Positions 22,045 through 35,886 of a stretch of DNA of 64,000 nucleotides are shown piece after piece. How positions within the stretch are numbered: position 1 is the first letter of the stretch; every line of letters begins with the position of its first letter. The DNA is taken from contig NC_068991.1 of NCBI RefSeq assembly GCF_001194135.2, positions 42,338,950-42,402,949 on the forward strand. Reading direction: 5' to 3'. Origin of the DNA: Octopus bimaculoides. Its lineage: Eukaryota. Under the pieces are notes generated by a model, which was not told where the DNA came from, searched no databases, and saw only the letters and a list, made by a program, of their open reading frames with translations. The position numbers and the translations under genes were made by a program.

Positions 22045-22777
22045 GTAGAATGGTACTTTAGAAGGATTAGATACCATCTAAAATTGTATCAATTACACGG
22101 ATGCTTTAACCATAGGATTACCTAACTCACAGATAGTTGCAAAAACATCAAAACACCACAGATGTCAAGGGTCACGCTTAGTTTGATCTTCACCCAGAAC
22201 CTCAACTTGGAAAAGTAACCCAATACAGAAGGGTGTGCCTCACATAAGTTGATATCTGTTCATTTTTCCCACCTTTTGTCCACAAATCTTTAAGGGCACT
22301 TTAACTTCATATGTATTAGCAACCATTGTATTCTCTATTTTAGGAACTGAGAGCTAACAGAATTGAACTGCATGTCTCTAATTAAATATTGTGGCATGTA
22401 ACATGAATCTTGTTATCATTTGAATGTGCTATGAGGTTCCTCATGCTTCTGTGTTCTTTTAGTATAGGTGGTCTGTTTTTCTCTTGATTGCTGTTATGTC
22501 AAAAGGGATAATGCAGCATATGAAACTAAAAAGCTGGAATCAAATCTTTATTTTTTCCTCACAAAACTGTATTTGCTTCAGCTATCCCTTGAAGCAGAAT
22601 GTAAAGGCATGGAGGGGAAATCTAAGAAGTCATGTCATTAAGTAAACATTATGAGCAATAGGTTTCACATGGATGACTGAGTCAATTGTCTTGTTTTGGA
22701 GATGATGTTAAAGGAGGGAGAAGGTTTATGTCCATATAATGATGGAGTTATCTGATCCTTCTAAAGTTGGGTTCCAC
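22045..22777. mobile_element. Old TIR-bounded element, unclassified
   Basis: actttagaaggattagata (from 22055) versus the reverse complement of tatctgatccttctaaagt (22749-22767) match 18/19, with weaker similarity on both sides. No clear ORF. Confidence 0.4.
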
Positions 22778-22843
22778 ACTTTTTTTTAGGGTATCCTGTT
22801 CATGAATATGCCCATGAATGTATAAATACATATGAATATATGA

Positions 22844-22892
<49 letters not shown>

Positions 22893-23559
22893 TACATCCA
22901 GTCACACACACATACACATAGACACAAGTGAGTGTCTTCATATACTTACATGTATGTATGTTTGTATATACAAATAAATACATATCTGGCACACCCTATT
23001 TTAACCTTCTTTATTTCTATTGTATAACTGTTTTCACAAATAAGCACAAGGCCTTGGATTTGTAGGAGAGGTGAAATAGAATGCTTTGTGATGAATATGA
23101 ATTTCCTAACGACGTCAGCTGTAATGATTACAATAATGATTTCTTTATTTTGCCACAAGGATAACATAAGTATAACAATACGATGCAAATAATATGAGTT
23201 TCTAAATACAATGTAGAAATATATTTAAAATAGACAAATATACAAAACATACCATCACAATAATAATAATAAGAAGAATAAGAATCATAATATAAATAAT
23301 AATAACAACTGAGAAGGGACAGTCAATGAGAGGTTCGAGGCACCCTAAAACCTTGACCACCTTCCCATTCTCTCTTCCAACTTCAATCCTCAGACGAAAC
23401 TGAAGAGGTAGTCCTTTCACCAACACCAAATTCACCCCTTCTCACCCACCTTTTCTAAAATTTAGGAAAGAGTATTATCTCTCTCAACAAAGACATACAT
23501 TAAAAAAAATGTATTAGAATTATAAAAATGTCCATTAAACATGACGAGTAATAGTACAT

Positions 23560-23974
23560 ATGCTTTGCAACAGTTGCTGCATGTTGGTTGCGTCTGCTGT
23601 TAGTTGCTGCTACCGAATGGTAGCGATTCTTTCGACATTCACTGAGAGAAGTATTGCTAATCTTTATCGAACAGCTTAGGAACTTGTAGATCAATGCCTA
23701 GCCTAAAAAAAAAAGGTGTGGGGGAAAATTGGACGTTTTAATCTTTCGTTGTCTGTTTCTGTTGCGTTTTACCTTGCGCAGTAAACAGAAATTGAAAGAA
23801 AATATGATCAACTGCCATAAGTGAAGGTGGCGTTAGCGTTAGTAGTGTGTTTGCGTTGTGTCACGCCTTTCAGGAGTGAGAGCGCTGTTGTGTTGTGTTG
23901 TTTTTCCCTCTCGTATGTGTGTCGCATGTGTTTCTCTGTGTATGTGTGTGTAAGAGTGCTTGTGAGAGAACAAG
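23560..23974 (+). promoter_or_regulatory. CpG-retaining promoter/5'UTR region of the PH-domain gene
   Basis: Local rise in CpG and GC content against a CpG-depleted background, directly upstream of the ATG at 23975. The TSS cannot be located from sequence alone. Confidence 0.5.
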
Positions 23975-24355
23975 ATGGCTTCAGACGTGGAAAAAGCGAA
24001 CAGTGTGTTCGTTTCGGTTGCTCCCACTAGTAGTAGCACTGAAACAACTGTTCTAAGTCCACCTAGCGACGCCTCTACATCAAAAAGCTCAGAAGTTACG
24101 ACAGTAACAAGCAGTAACAGTTTTACAAACAGCATAGCTTCCAGCAGCACCACCACCACTAACAACACCGCCACGACTACCACCAAGTCTGGCCTTCGGA
24201 TGAAGGAAGGCGAGGCAGACGAAGACGACGACCACAACAACATGTCCAACGAACGTAAAGGTTGGCTTATGAAGAGAAGCCGATTGTCACATAAATGGAA
24301 GAGAAAGTGGTTTCTATTAAAAAATGCCGATCTCTTCTACGGTAATGATCCACAG
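23975..24355 (+). CDS. First coding exon of a PH-domain-containing protein (Ser/Thr-rich N-terminus plus PH beta1-beta3)
   Basis: caagATGG start and 127 codons ending ..MSNERKGWLMKRSRLSHKWKRKWFLLKNADLFYGNDPQ, the typical PH GWLxK..WKxxWFxL..L.Y pattern. Canonical CAG|GTAAGT donor in phase 0 at 24355/24356. Confidence 0.85.
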
Positions 24356-25299
24356 GTAAGTTGATATTTCGCAATTATATTCTTTCAGGTTCGTCCACCT
24401 CCTTATCAATTAATTACGATCTTTGTTAATATCATAAATCGGTCCCTACGTATTTGTGTGTGCTTTAAACACGATTTCCAACCTTGTTTCAATGACAACA
24501 CCACCAAATCATGTATCTCCGAGTTAATTTCTCTTGTAGAACTTTATTTTCAATTTATCAATGTGCCAGGCTTATTTTGGATTATTTGTTGGAAATCTGA
24601 CAATCGTGGAGCACCTTTAGACACTGTCTGTATGACACCCTTACTTGGAATATAATGTTTCAGAATCTTTGTTAGTTACTCATTCATTTTTAAGATAAAC
24701 AAAATATTCGATTGTTTCAGATTGCTGTAACCTTTCAAAGATTTATTTACTCCTAACCATTCTATCGTTGACAGATTTGTTTGGCAAATCGTTTCAAAAC
24801 AATATAAATTCATTGTGTATAGTGGTAATTATCAGGAAAGGAACATAAGAAAATGTTCGTATTTTGTATATTTTAGATTCTGAGTTCCCTAGGATTGAAA
24901 GAAAAAAAACATGTTGATTTCTTACAATTCTACAAAATTACAGTTACTACTACCCCACCTTTTGTCATTCAACAAGAATTCGTAATTTACAGGTTCTAAT
25001 CCTGCGTCAGTTCCGCTACTATTCTCGCGTTTAATTCACCATTTCCAGTCTACATTAAACCTCAACAAATCAATCAAGCCAAGACATTGTAGTTTCTTTT
25101 TATTTTCTGTTTACGCGCACACATGTATATGTATGTGAACATGTTTGCATTTGCGTACGATGATGCTATCAGCTCCATTTAACACACACGCACGCACACA
25201 CACCTCATAGACATTTAATAAACGTGTGTCCGTGCGCGATACTGAAATCTGGCGTAGATCGAATATTAAAGAGCAACGTGCTTTTTGAAAAAGATAATG

Positions 25300-25470
25300 C
25301 TTTCTAATTGAGGCACAAGGCCAGCAGTTTTGAGGGGAGGGAATCAGTTCATACTTTGAGACCTCAGTACTTGCCTGGTATTTCATTGACTCCGATGGTA
25401 CGAAAAGCAAAGTTGATCTCGGCAGGATTTGAACTCAGAATATAAAGAGCCGAAACAATAACCACAAGGC
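25300..25470 (-). mobile_element. SINE family A (intronic)
   Basis: Reverse complement of the family A body. Further intronic copies at about 36720-36925(-), 41668-42105(+, two), 44683-44880(-), 49048-49280(+), 55780-55990(-), 56710-56915(-), 58455-58580(-), 58612-58830(+), 60500-60695(-). Confidence 0.8.
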
Positions 25471-26226
25471 TTTTAAAAATAGCAATAATGAAAATACGAT
25501 TGAAGATATAATCATTGTTGCATTTGTTTCCTGATTGCATGTTTAACAGAAATCTTGTTTGAATAATGCTTTCACGTCCTTAGTGACATATATATAATTC
25601 TATATAAGCATATCCACACACACTCACACAGACGTTTTTGTTTAGTCGAGGCGTTTTTCCAATCTATGTCCTCCTCACATAAAATACTTCTACATAAACA
25701 CGCGCCTGCTAACGTCCCTACGCACAATAAATGTTTTGTCATCTCTCTCTCTCTCCTCACGATGGCTTCGATCTGAACTATTTTCTTATCTCAATTAAAG
25801 AACAAATTATCAGTATTTGTCATTACAATTAAATATGCTAGTTTGATTCAGTTTTCACGTTTGTCTTTCGGAATCAATCTTTCAACCTTTCTCTGTCTCA
25901 CTACCAAAATCATTTCGTAACACCCCACTCCGCCACCTTATATCCTACTTTTGTTTTCTCTTTGATTCAATCGTTCTTTACAATTCTTAAAATTTAATGT
26001 CCATTTATGTATTTATCAACCTCCCCTGTATTTATTGGTCAGTCTTTCGTTCGATATCTATCTATCTATCTATCTATTTTATTTCTAAATATACGTCTAT
26101 TTATTATTTTAACATTTTGTGTATCTCTCTATTTATATATCTATTGATTTTTCTATCTATTTATCCATCGATTCATCTCTCAGCGTATCTTTTTATATAT
26201 CTGCCTGCTATCTATCTATCTATCTA

Positions 26227-26317
<91 letters not shown>

Positions 26318-26984
26318 GTATATATATATATTGATATTAGTCGCTTTATTGACAATCCATTTAATGTCTCTTCCTCCTCCTCTTCTTTGTTGAAGACCAG
26401 AAATATTTCATTCCTTGAAATTCCTTCAGATTTCTATTTTGATTTCTTTACAGCTTCACTTTCTTGAGGTTCTTCTGCCTGTTACCAACATTTCAAATGA
26501 TGAAATTAATTTTAATCTTAAACTGACCTCTCGTATTTCCATTCTTTAGATATTTTGATTTAATCACAACCACACACACGCAGACACATACTTGTACTCA
26601 AAATATCTTTTGTTTTCTTATATATGCATGTGAGTGTGTACATAAATATGTTTGTAAACAGGTGCATGTGTGTTGTGAACTCGAGGAAGAACGAAAAATT
26701 AGTCATCGTCATTATGTCTAACCTAAAGATACTTTATAGGAGCGATAAGTCTTTATATTAATGTGCGCAAGTGTTTATATATATGCATGTGTATATACAC
26801 AAATGCGTGTATGGAGAGCGAGAGTTCTCGAATGAAGGTCGAGAAGACTAAATCGTGCATCACACACACACATTAAGGGGTCAATACATTATAATGTAGA
26901 GTATATATTCATCTTTGAAAAAATGCTGATGCATTGAAACACTTTTACAATCGTGTGTGTCTGTGTATGTATATATGCACATAT

Positions 26985-27109
26985 CACTGGCGTATCTAGC
27001 GGAGGGCAGTAGGGGCGGTCTTTTAAAGGGGCACCACTTTTGGGTCTAGTGTTTTTTTGTGACAAACGGAAGGGCTGCCCCGGGAGGCACACACTCTAGC
27101 TACGCTAGT

Positions 27110-27110
<1 letters not shown>
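26985..27110. mobile_element. 126-bp hAT-type MITE
   Basis: TIR cactggcgtatctag / cactagcgtagctag (13/15) and 8-bp TSD gcacatat / gcatatat. GC-rich interior. Confidence 0.75.
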
Positions 27111-27148
<38 letters not shown>

Positions 27149-27771
27149 TTATATATGTGTGTGTGTGTGTGTGTGTGGTAAGAAGTTTGCTTCCCAACCA
27201 CATGGTTCCGGGTTTAGTCTTGCTTCATGGTACTTTGGGCACCAGTGTCTACTACTGTGATCCAGGTTGACCAAATCCTAGTGAGGGGATTTGGTAGACG
27301 GAAACTACAAGAAGTTTGTCTTATATATACATCTATCCCTCCATACATACATACATAATGTATGTATATATGTGTATGTTTCTTTGTGTTTGTCTCCCAC
27401 CATCACTTGATAATCAGTGTTGGTTTGTTTATGTCCATGTAACAGCTGTTAGGCATAAGAGACTGGCAGAATAAATACCAGGCTTAAAAAAATAAAAATA
27501 AGTACCAAGGTTGACTTATTTGACTAAAAGATTTCAAGGTAGCTCAGCATGGCCACAGTCCAATGACTGTAGCAAATAAAATATAAATAACGCCTGTGTG
27601 TGACTGAGTGAATGTATATGTGTATAAATAGAACAGATAAGGAAAGTGAAGTGAGAGAATAGATTTTTATGTCATTTATTTACAGCTGTTTCATAATCTT
27701 GTTAGTTATATAATAGATATTGCATCATCCTTTGCATGTATATAAACTATATATATAAATATATATATGTA

Positions 27772-28191
27772 CGAAGGTGAGTAAAAAAGTAATGCCATTT
27801 TGTTTAGGACAGGTATAATTACCAACACAGGAACATGTATCATACATCAAAATGAAGCACTTCCTCATCACTGGAATAATATTTGCCTCTCAAACCCTTT
27901 CATGGGGCTGAAGAGATGATAGCATGAAGGTGCTAAATTATTCCAGTGATGAGGAAGTGAAAACTGTAGTGAAGAAGTGACTCAAAGAACAGTCAACAGA
28001 ATTTTACAGGTCAGGGATACATGCTCTCATTCGAAAGTGGAACATTGCTATTGAGAGAAACGGTGACTATGTTGAGAAGTAGGGATGTGATCTTCAGAGG
28101 ACCAGATTCATTTTGATGTATGATACATGTTCCTGTGTTGGTAATTATACCTGTCCTAAACAAAATGGCATTACTTTTTGACTTACCCTCG
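27772..28191 (+). mobile_element. 420-bp mariner deletion derivative with 85-bp terminal inverted repeats
   Basis: TA TSD. Arms 27772-27856 and 28107-28191 differ at only 3 positions. The interior encodes the mariner C-terminus YSSDEEVKTVVKK*LKEQSTEFYRSGIHALIRKWNIAIERNGDYVEK*. Confidence 0.9.
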
Positions 28192-28395
28192 TACATCCAT
28201 ATATACAAGTGTGTTGAAAGATTTAATCAACAGACTAATATTCAGAACATTCCATGATAATTCAAAACATCAACTACATGCATGCATACATACATACATA
28301 CATACAACTGGAAATTGGAAAATTTTGGAGAATTATTTATTTACCATTACATGTGTTTCTTTTGTTAATAGGAATTACAAAGTTTTATATGTTAT

Positions 28396-28445
<50 letters not shown>

Positions 28446-28856
28446 TTTTTATAATTGAGTATTATAGAAGTATTGTTGAAATATTTTGCTTATTGCAGAA
28501 TTATATCCAATTTATTGCATGTAAATTTTAGCAGCAAAATCTCCTGTGGACCCCCAGTTGAGAATCACTGGTTTAGACAAATGTTACTGAGGCACTGTTT
28601 CACAGCTGCATGTTTGTTCTAACTTTTATCTGTCTTTCAAGTAACAATTGTTATATTCCACATAACTTTGAAAACAAGAAACAAGTGGACAATTTGTTGA
28701 CAAAAATACCAACAACAACAACAACATTGCATGAGCATTGTGACTTTTCAAGAAGCCAGAGCAAATGTAATCTAACACACACACACGCACACACACACAG
28801 AGTCTTGTATTCTCTAGAACTGTCCAACCCAAGCCATCACAAAAGGCAGCCACCAA

Positions 28857-28891
<35 letters not shown>

Positions 28892-28964
28892 ATAAGATAA
28901 ATTTAGCAAAGATTAAGATTTTATTAAGGAGTAAAGACTGAAACTAGGTACACACTCACACATA

Positions 28965-29290
28965 TAACTGGCAGCCTGTCAGTTATGATGGTGAGGGTTC
29001 CAGTTGATCTGATAAACAGCACAGCTTGCTAGTGAAATTGATGCACAAGTGGCTGAGCACTCCACAGACATGCATACCCTTAACATAGTTCTCAGGAGAT
29101 TCAGCTTGACACAGCATGTGACAAAGCTGGCCCTTTGAAATACATGTACTACTTAGTTTTTGCCTGAGAGTGGACTGGAGCAACATGAAATAAAGTGTCT
29201 TGCTCAAGGACACAATGTGTTATCTGGAATTGAACTCATTACCTTACAATCGTGAGCTACATGCCGTAACCACTAAGCCACGTGCCTTCA
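28965..29290 (-). mobile_element. tRNA-derived SINE family D
   Basis: Reverse complement begins ggcacgtggcttagtggttacggcatgtagctcacgattgtaaggtaatgagttcaattcc..tgtgtccttgagcaagacactttatttca. Copies also at 31045-31375(-) and 36455-36632(-). Confidence 0.75.
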
Positions 29291-29948
29291 CTATACACAC
29301 ACACACATGTGTGTGTGTGTAAAAGACTAAGATGTGTGGTATATTGCTGCACTCAAGATCTGCCCACCGTAACAGAATTGATATCTTAAAATCAAGGTAT
29401 TATGTAAAAAACATTAGTGCTGGTGCCATATGAAAAGTATCCAGTACTCTCTGTAAAGTAGTTGGCATTAGGAAGGGCATCCAGCTTTAGAAACCAAGCT
29501 AAACAGATTATGGAACCTGGGGTGGCCCCTGACCTTGCCAGTTCTTGTCAAGCTATCCAAGCCACACTAGCATGGAAAACAGACATTAAATGATGGTGAA
29601 TGTATATATGGGTTCAGTCTCACTGTGTGACACATTGGGCAAGTATCATCATCTACAGCCTCAGAAGCCTGTCACACATAAGTATGTGTGTCTGTATATG
29701 TCTATTTTTGTGTTCTCTTGTCTTGACATCAAGCAGTAGTTGTAAACAAGTGTCATTGGCACAAAAGCAGTATCATTTGTTTTCAGTCTTCTATTAAAAC
29801 ACATCCCTCCATCCAGAACTATGCTTGGAAACAGATAAGCAGGAAGGGTATCCTACCAGTGAAAATCAGCCTCACTAAATTCTGTCTGGCCTATGCAAAC
29901 ATAGATTTTAGAAAAATGTGTATGTATGTATGTATATATGTATGTATG

Positions 29949-29981
<33 letters not shown>

Positions 29982-30090
29982 NNNNNNNNNNNNNNNNNNN
30001 NNNNNNNNNNNNNNNNNNNNNNNNNNNNNNNNNNNNNNNNNNNNNNNNNNNNNNNNNNNNNNNNNNNNNNNNNNNNNNNNNNNNNNNNNN

Positions 30091-30136
<46 letters not shown>

Positions 30137-30365
30137 GATATATATACTCTTTATTTGTTTCAGTCATTTGACTTTGGCCATGCTGGAGCACTGCCTTTAG
30201 TCAAACAAATCAACCCCCCAGGACTTATTCGTTGTACTTATTCTATCGGTCTCTTTTGCTGAATTGCTAAGTTATGGGGTCGTAAACACACCAGCATCAG
30301 TTGTCAAGCGATAGTGGGGGGGACAAACATAGACACACAAACACACACACACACACAAACACATG

Positions 30366-30396
<31 letters not shown>

Positions 30397-32339
30397 GACA
30401 GGCTTCTTTCAGTTTCCGTTTACCAAATCCTCTCACAAGGCTTTGATCAGCCTGAGGCTATAGTAGAAAACACTTGCCCAAGGTGCCACACAGTAGGACT
30501 GAACCTGGAACCATGTGGTTGGTAAGCAAGCTACTTACCACACAGCTACTCCTGTGCCATGTATATATATATATATATACCCACACACATATATTTGAAT
30601 ATATACATATATATATATATCTAGAGAGAAAGAGAGAGAAAAATGAGAAAAGAGAAGTAACACAAAATGGTTTGTTGCATGAATTTAGACAATGAAGAAG
30701 ACTATAGTTAAATTAAATACCACGTAAGATATATTTTCTTGATTTATTGAAATTATCTTAGCTTTGAGAAAAAGTAAGCAAATACCTGAGACAATTGTGA
30801 TTGCCTCTAATGAAAAAGGCAGATAATCTTAAAAATTCAGATTTTCCTGAATTGATATGCCACTAAGGAAAAGCTAGTCTGTTCAATAGCTTCTTAATTC
30901 AAGAGAATTCTTGATTCTTGAGACTGTCTCCCCTTTTCATTTGGAATCAGTCACATTTACCGTCAGGTATTTGTTTACTTCCTTTTGAAGTGAAGATAAC
31001 TGCAATAACTCAAGCATTTATTTTATATGGTATTTAATATACCTATGACCTCCTTTGGTCATGAATGTCCATGGTATTGCACCTAGAAAGTTATTCTCCA
31101 AGGCACAAATCCGGGCAAAGTTGTTTATGGAAGACCAGCAGTCGCTCATGCATACCAGCCTCCCCTCTCCATGCCACCAATGTTATCCAAGGGAAAGGCA
31201 AAGGCTGATAGAACTTGGCACCAGTGATGTTGTAACTCATTTCTATAGCTGAGTGAACTGGACCAACATGAAATAAAGAGTCTTGCTCAAGAACACAACA
31301 CACAGCCTGGTTTGGGAATTGAACTCACTACGTCATGATTGTGAGCTTGAGCTCTAACCACTGAGCCACATGCCTTACCCTTTTTTTACTATACCTATAT
31401 TCACCATATAATGAGAGAATGTGCCTTAGTGGTTAAAGTTTTACACTCATGATCACGAGATCATGGGTTCCATTCTTGGACCAGGTGGTGCTTGTGTTTT
31501 TAAGTGAAACACTTCGTCTTGTGTTGTCCTGTGATCATTTCAACATCTGGTGTGTTGCATACCATGCACCTGTACAGGCAGTACCACTTTGATGGAAGGA
31601 GTGAATGTACAGCATAAACATTGGATCACTGTAAACAAATCATCTGTGCAGTTTGTTCACCAAGAAATCACAGAACCATCTTTCTCAGACTTGGAAGACT
31701 ACCATGAATTAATTCACTATATATGAATATGTGAATATGATTCCAAGTTTTCTCCCATTATGAATCACACTGGGTAAGTATCTTTGAGAGTAATCTTGAA
31801 ATGACCAGTGCTTAGTGAATGAAATTCATAAATAGAAATTGTATGGAAGCTCACTTTGTAGCTATGTGTTTATCAGTCTTACTGGTGTCATTCTGTCACA
31901 ACCAGAACTGACATTTTTATAGTCAAAAGTAAAAAGGAAAGCTGAAAATAAAGAATGCATGATACAACAACAACAACAGCTCACTTATTGCTAACTCTTC
32001 TTTTCCATCTTTGTTCTCACCGATATGTGCAAGGATTGACCTTCTCGGTCATCAAAAATTTCAGTGGTTATATAGAAAAACCACTCAGTCTGGAGGACAT
32101 CAGAAATAGCTGCTGCGTGTGTGTGTGTGTTTTGTAAAATCTGATATTGTAAATATCTGCTTATTCGGATAGTTAGATTAATTGAATAAGCTGTCAGGTG
32201 AAACTTGAGATCTTGGTTAACATAGATTTTACAATGAATTTGACTCTACTTTCAGTAAATGTTCTTTAGTTATTCTCGAACAAGTTTTAAAATAACCACC
32301 TTGCATTATATGTATGTGTGTGTGTGTATCATTGGTTTT

Positions 32340-33160
32340 ATCATCATTATCATTATCATCATCATCGTTTAATGTCCATGTCTTATGCTGGCATGGGTAA
32401 GACAGTTTGATAGGATACAACATGTCCAAATACCGCATTGTGCTCCAATGTCTGCTCTAATATGGTTTCTAAGGTTGGATGCCCTTCCTAATACCGACCA
32501 CTCCACAGTGTGTACTGAGTGCTTTTTTCATGGCACCAGCACTAGTGAAGTTACCATATAGCCTGCAAGACTAAGATCACCTTCAACTGAGCAGGCTACA
32601 GTAGAGAGGAAGGTGCTTTTATGTTATGGGATAAGAATGTTAAAGTGAGAAAAAAAGGATCAGAATAGAATAAGTTTCTTGGTGGAGGGGAGCTACAAAT
32701 TATTGAACAGAGGATGGTAGTAGGCAGGGTGAAACTGAAAAGAGATAAAAATAGTAGTGATGTGGTGTCAGGGGGGACCCATAAAGCATGGTGAATAGGA
32801 GTGGAGACAGGAGAACAGGGGATGTAGTTGGATAGAAGTTGCGAGAGTGTATAGCAGAGTAGTAATGAAAATAATAGGTATACAATGGAAAGGGTAAGAA
32901 AGGGAGAGAGGGAGATTATGTGGTTGGTTAGGTTGTAAGCGTGTGGGATAGACATAGTGAGTGTGAAAGGTATGGCAGTGGTATAACTTGGTGACTCAAG
33001 AATGTGATCAGTGTAAATGTGACTGGTGAGAATATTGTTAAGAATGAAAGATGGCTAAGAATGAAGTGGCTCCAGGGTAGTAAGAGGGGTAATTGGTATC
33101 AGGGAAAAGCTGAAGTATGTAGTTCTGCTTACATTTAATTACACCAGCAGAATAGTGCAG
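32340..33160 (-). mobile_element. Long family C element with pyrimidine-rich 5' portion; homolog at 53340-54220 (+)
   Basis: Shared ttcaactgag..ggctacagtaga segment adjoining the family C 3' end in both copies, which lie in opposite orientations. Confidence 0.6.
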
Positions 33161-34149
33161 TTAGAGCGATAATGGGTCGTGAGAATGTCTTGAGGAAGGA
33201 ATATGTGCAAAAATGGCTCTGGTTTTCCAATACTCAGAGTTGCTCATTTCTGATTATCAGCTGGTAAACCATGACTGGTTTTCTTTTGAATATCCATTGA
33301 CTACATATATTTGAATATGAAATGAAAATTTGAAGGAAATGCTTATCTTTATGGTCCTTCATTTAAAAACCTTTGTGAATGACACCTGCAAAAACGACTG
33401 CTTCAAGCTCACACTTTTTATTTCGTTTCTCGTTCTCATGGTTGTATTATTATAAATAGCATAAACTCCATGCAATCAAAGACATGAAATTGCATTGTTG
33501 TTTAAGCAATATTCCAAAACAATACTTTTAAGCAACACTTTTAATTAATACTTTTGAAAAACAATAGGTGTGTATGTGGGTGTCCATTTTGCATGCTCTT
33601 GTGCAGATGCATGCATATATACATTTGTAAACACATTGATTCACATATATACCCAGAATTATATTTTCACATACTTACGTATGTGCATACGTACACACAC
33701 ACACACACTCACACAGCTTAAATACATATACTCACATATAGACATGCACACACACATATTAAAACATGTATTAATGAAATCTATTAATTAAATATTTTGA
33801 AAATCAACACCTTTTCTGCCCCAGAATGAAATGCAAGGAGGCTTGTATTTGCATAAAAGATACTTAGCCACATACGTACAAGATATTAATAGTTCATTTC
33901 TTTTGTTCAAACTATTGGTGCCATGAGTCAAAATTCATAGTTTTTTTTGCTCAAAGGTCACACCATATCTTTGATTTGAAGCTTCCATTCAGTAAGGTTG
34001 TATATTACCTGCAATAGACTGGTTATAATATATTAAAGAATACTCTACATTTGTATTAAGTCCTGCAATTTATCACATCTGGTGAATCTACACACACACA
34101 CACACACACACANNNNNNNNNNATATATACACATATACATATGTACACT

Positions 34150-34295
34150 CGCACACTCATTGTGCTTCCAGAATCTCAGTTTCTCCAAGGTGGGGGCATA
34201 TCACCAGTCATCCTGGTCCCTGGTCATCTCTTCTGTGAGGTTCAAGGTCCTGAGATCAGTTTTTACCACTCTTTCTGATATCTTCCTGGGTCTCC
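34150..34295 (-). mobile_element. RTE LINE C-terminal fragment
   Basis: Minus strand encodes ERVVKTDLRTLNLTEEMTRDQDDW*YA, typical of RTE ORF ends. Confidence 0.6.
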
Positions 34296-34329
34296 TCATA
34301 TTCAACTAAAATATATTAAAGATAAATAT

Positions 34330-35060
34330 TAAAGAAATACATTAAAGTTGTGTTGCTGTGCTAGAATCAGGTGAGTCTTGTTCATGTTTCCCATCATACT
34401 TATGATGGTGACCTTTAGTAAGTCCTTGGTACTTTGGGGCCACCATTCTGTTTCTCCCTCTTGACAACACCCTCAGCTGAGGTAGGGTTTAAATCAGAAT
34501 GCCTAGTATGCCATATGTCAGGGGTCACATGATCATGAAAATTCTCACTCAACCAATCTTGTGTCACAAAGGCCATGTAGTGTCTTGCTGGGACATATAC
34601 TGCCATTTCTGGATCATCTGTTTCATCCAGAACTTGACCAGTGTGTCCAGTACCTCTGTGTAGGTGGTGTCATTAAACCTGTAGGAAGAATTGAAGTCAT
34701 GATATAGCCCTTGTTGTTCAGGACTCCTACAACCATCAGAGACAGTAAGAACTTAGTGTTCATCACTGTGGATACCTCTTTAGGTTCCATGCAGTGCTAC
34801 CTATCATTCTTCTTGTTCACCTTTTAGTCTGGGTTTGAATTTCTCATTGGAAAAAGACCAGAGTATGATGGGTTTCTTGTGAGGAATTGACCAATATTAC
34901 AGATCGTCCCAGTTTTGTCAGACATAAACTGATCTTTTTCAATCATACAGGCTTGTTCTTGATGTCTTCATGCACAGTACATTTGACCCTTCAAAGCTTG
35001 TCTCAAAACATGGGTAACTCAATAAGAAAATTCCATATTTATCAAGTTCTACTCAGGGAT
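34330..35060 (-). pseudogene. Decayed Tc1/mariner-superfamily transposase, maT/DD37D-like
   Basis: Frameshifted fragments FSNEK..KVNKKNDR..PKEVSTVMNTKF..LMVVGVLNNKG..YTEVLDTLVKFW..QQD..TQDWLSENFHDHVTPDIW..SDLNP..GVVKRE..LKVTIISMMGNMNKTHLI follow the order of maT-type DDD domains. Confidence 0.7.
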
Positions 35061-35329
35061 AAGACATTCTAAAGCATCTGTCAAAATACGGAGAATTTTG
35101 ATGTTTACTTTCACTTTCCGTGAATGTAGTCAGTTCATTGATTAAAAAAAAAAGAAAGAAAAAAATCTTTGCCAGCAGCAGTATTTGTTTGTATCTTTTC
35201 TAATTAATTGTTATGTTCAACCTGCTAATTGGACTTTAAAATAAATGAAATCTCCAAGTTCACATTAGACAAAGCCATGTCAATAAAGTGTAAAAATGTT
35301 AATGATAATGGACAATATTATGAATGAAT

Positions 35330-35760
35330 ATTGTCACTTACTACATCATCACTACTACCATGGCTGTCAAAAGCAAAAGAAAAAAAAAGACATCATTACA
35401 ATTGCTATTACCTTTACTACTGTCATCCTAACAGGTGCTGTCAACTGCACAGCCATCTGCAGCCCCACTGCTATCTACTCTACAACTATCATCACTATTG
35501 TCATCACTAGTGCTGCTGTTATTATTGCTATAGTATGATCTCACATTTCCATTACTTCCATTATCACCACTCTAACTGTCATCATTGTCCTTACCACTAT
35601 CATCATTGACCAATATTGTCATCATTATCATCACAACAACAGTGACTGTCTTCATTACCATTACCACCACTGACCACCACCCTCAGTAGCACAATGTTAC
35701 CAGTACCACCGCTACAATAGATATATGTCTGTATCATCAACAGTACCCCCACCATTGCAG
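35330..35760. repeat. Degenerate CAT/CAC/TAC trinucleotide low-complexity tract
   Basis: Imperfect runs of catcac, actacc, cattgtc and similar. Confidence 0.6.
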
Positions 35761-35840
35761 TCAGTGACATAATTCTACTTCACAGCCCAGCTGCCTTATC
35801 ATACATGTGTTTGCATGCAAACCTGTGACTCTGTGACTGA

Positions 35841-35886
<46 letters not shown>

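Noticed and set aside
23839-24249. 136-aa hydrophobic minus-strand ORF
   Set aside because: Antisense shadow of the Ser/Thr-rich exon of the PH-domain gene.
26440-26545. Candidate exon 2 of the PH gene after tttctttacag (similar candidates near 46323, 48681 and 57649)
   Set aside because: Phase-0 translations do not continue a PH fold, and they lack a good donor or hit early stops.
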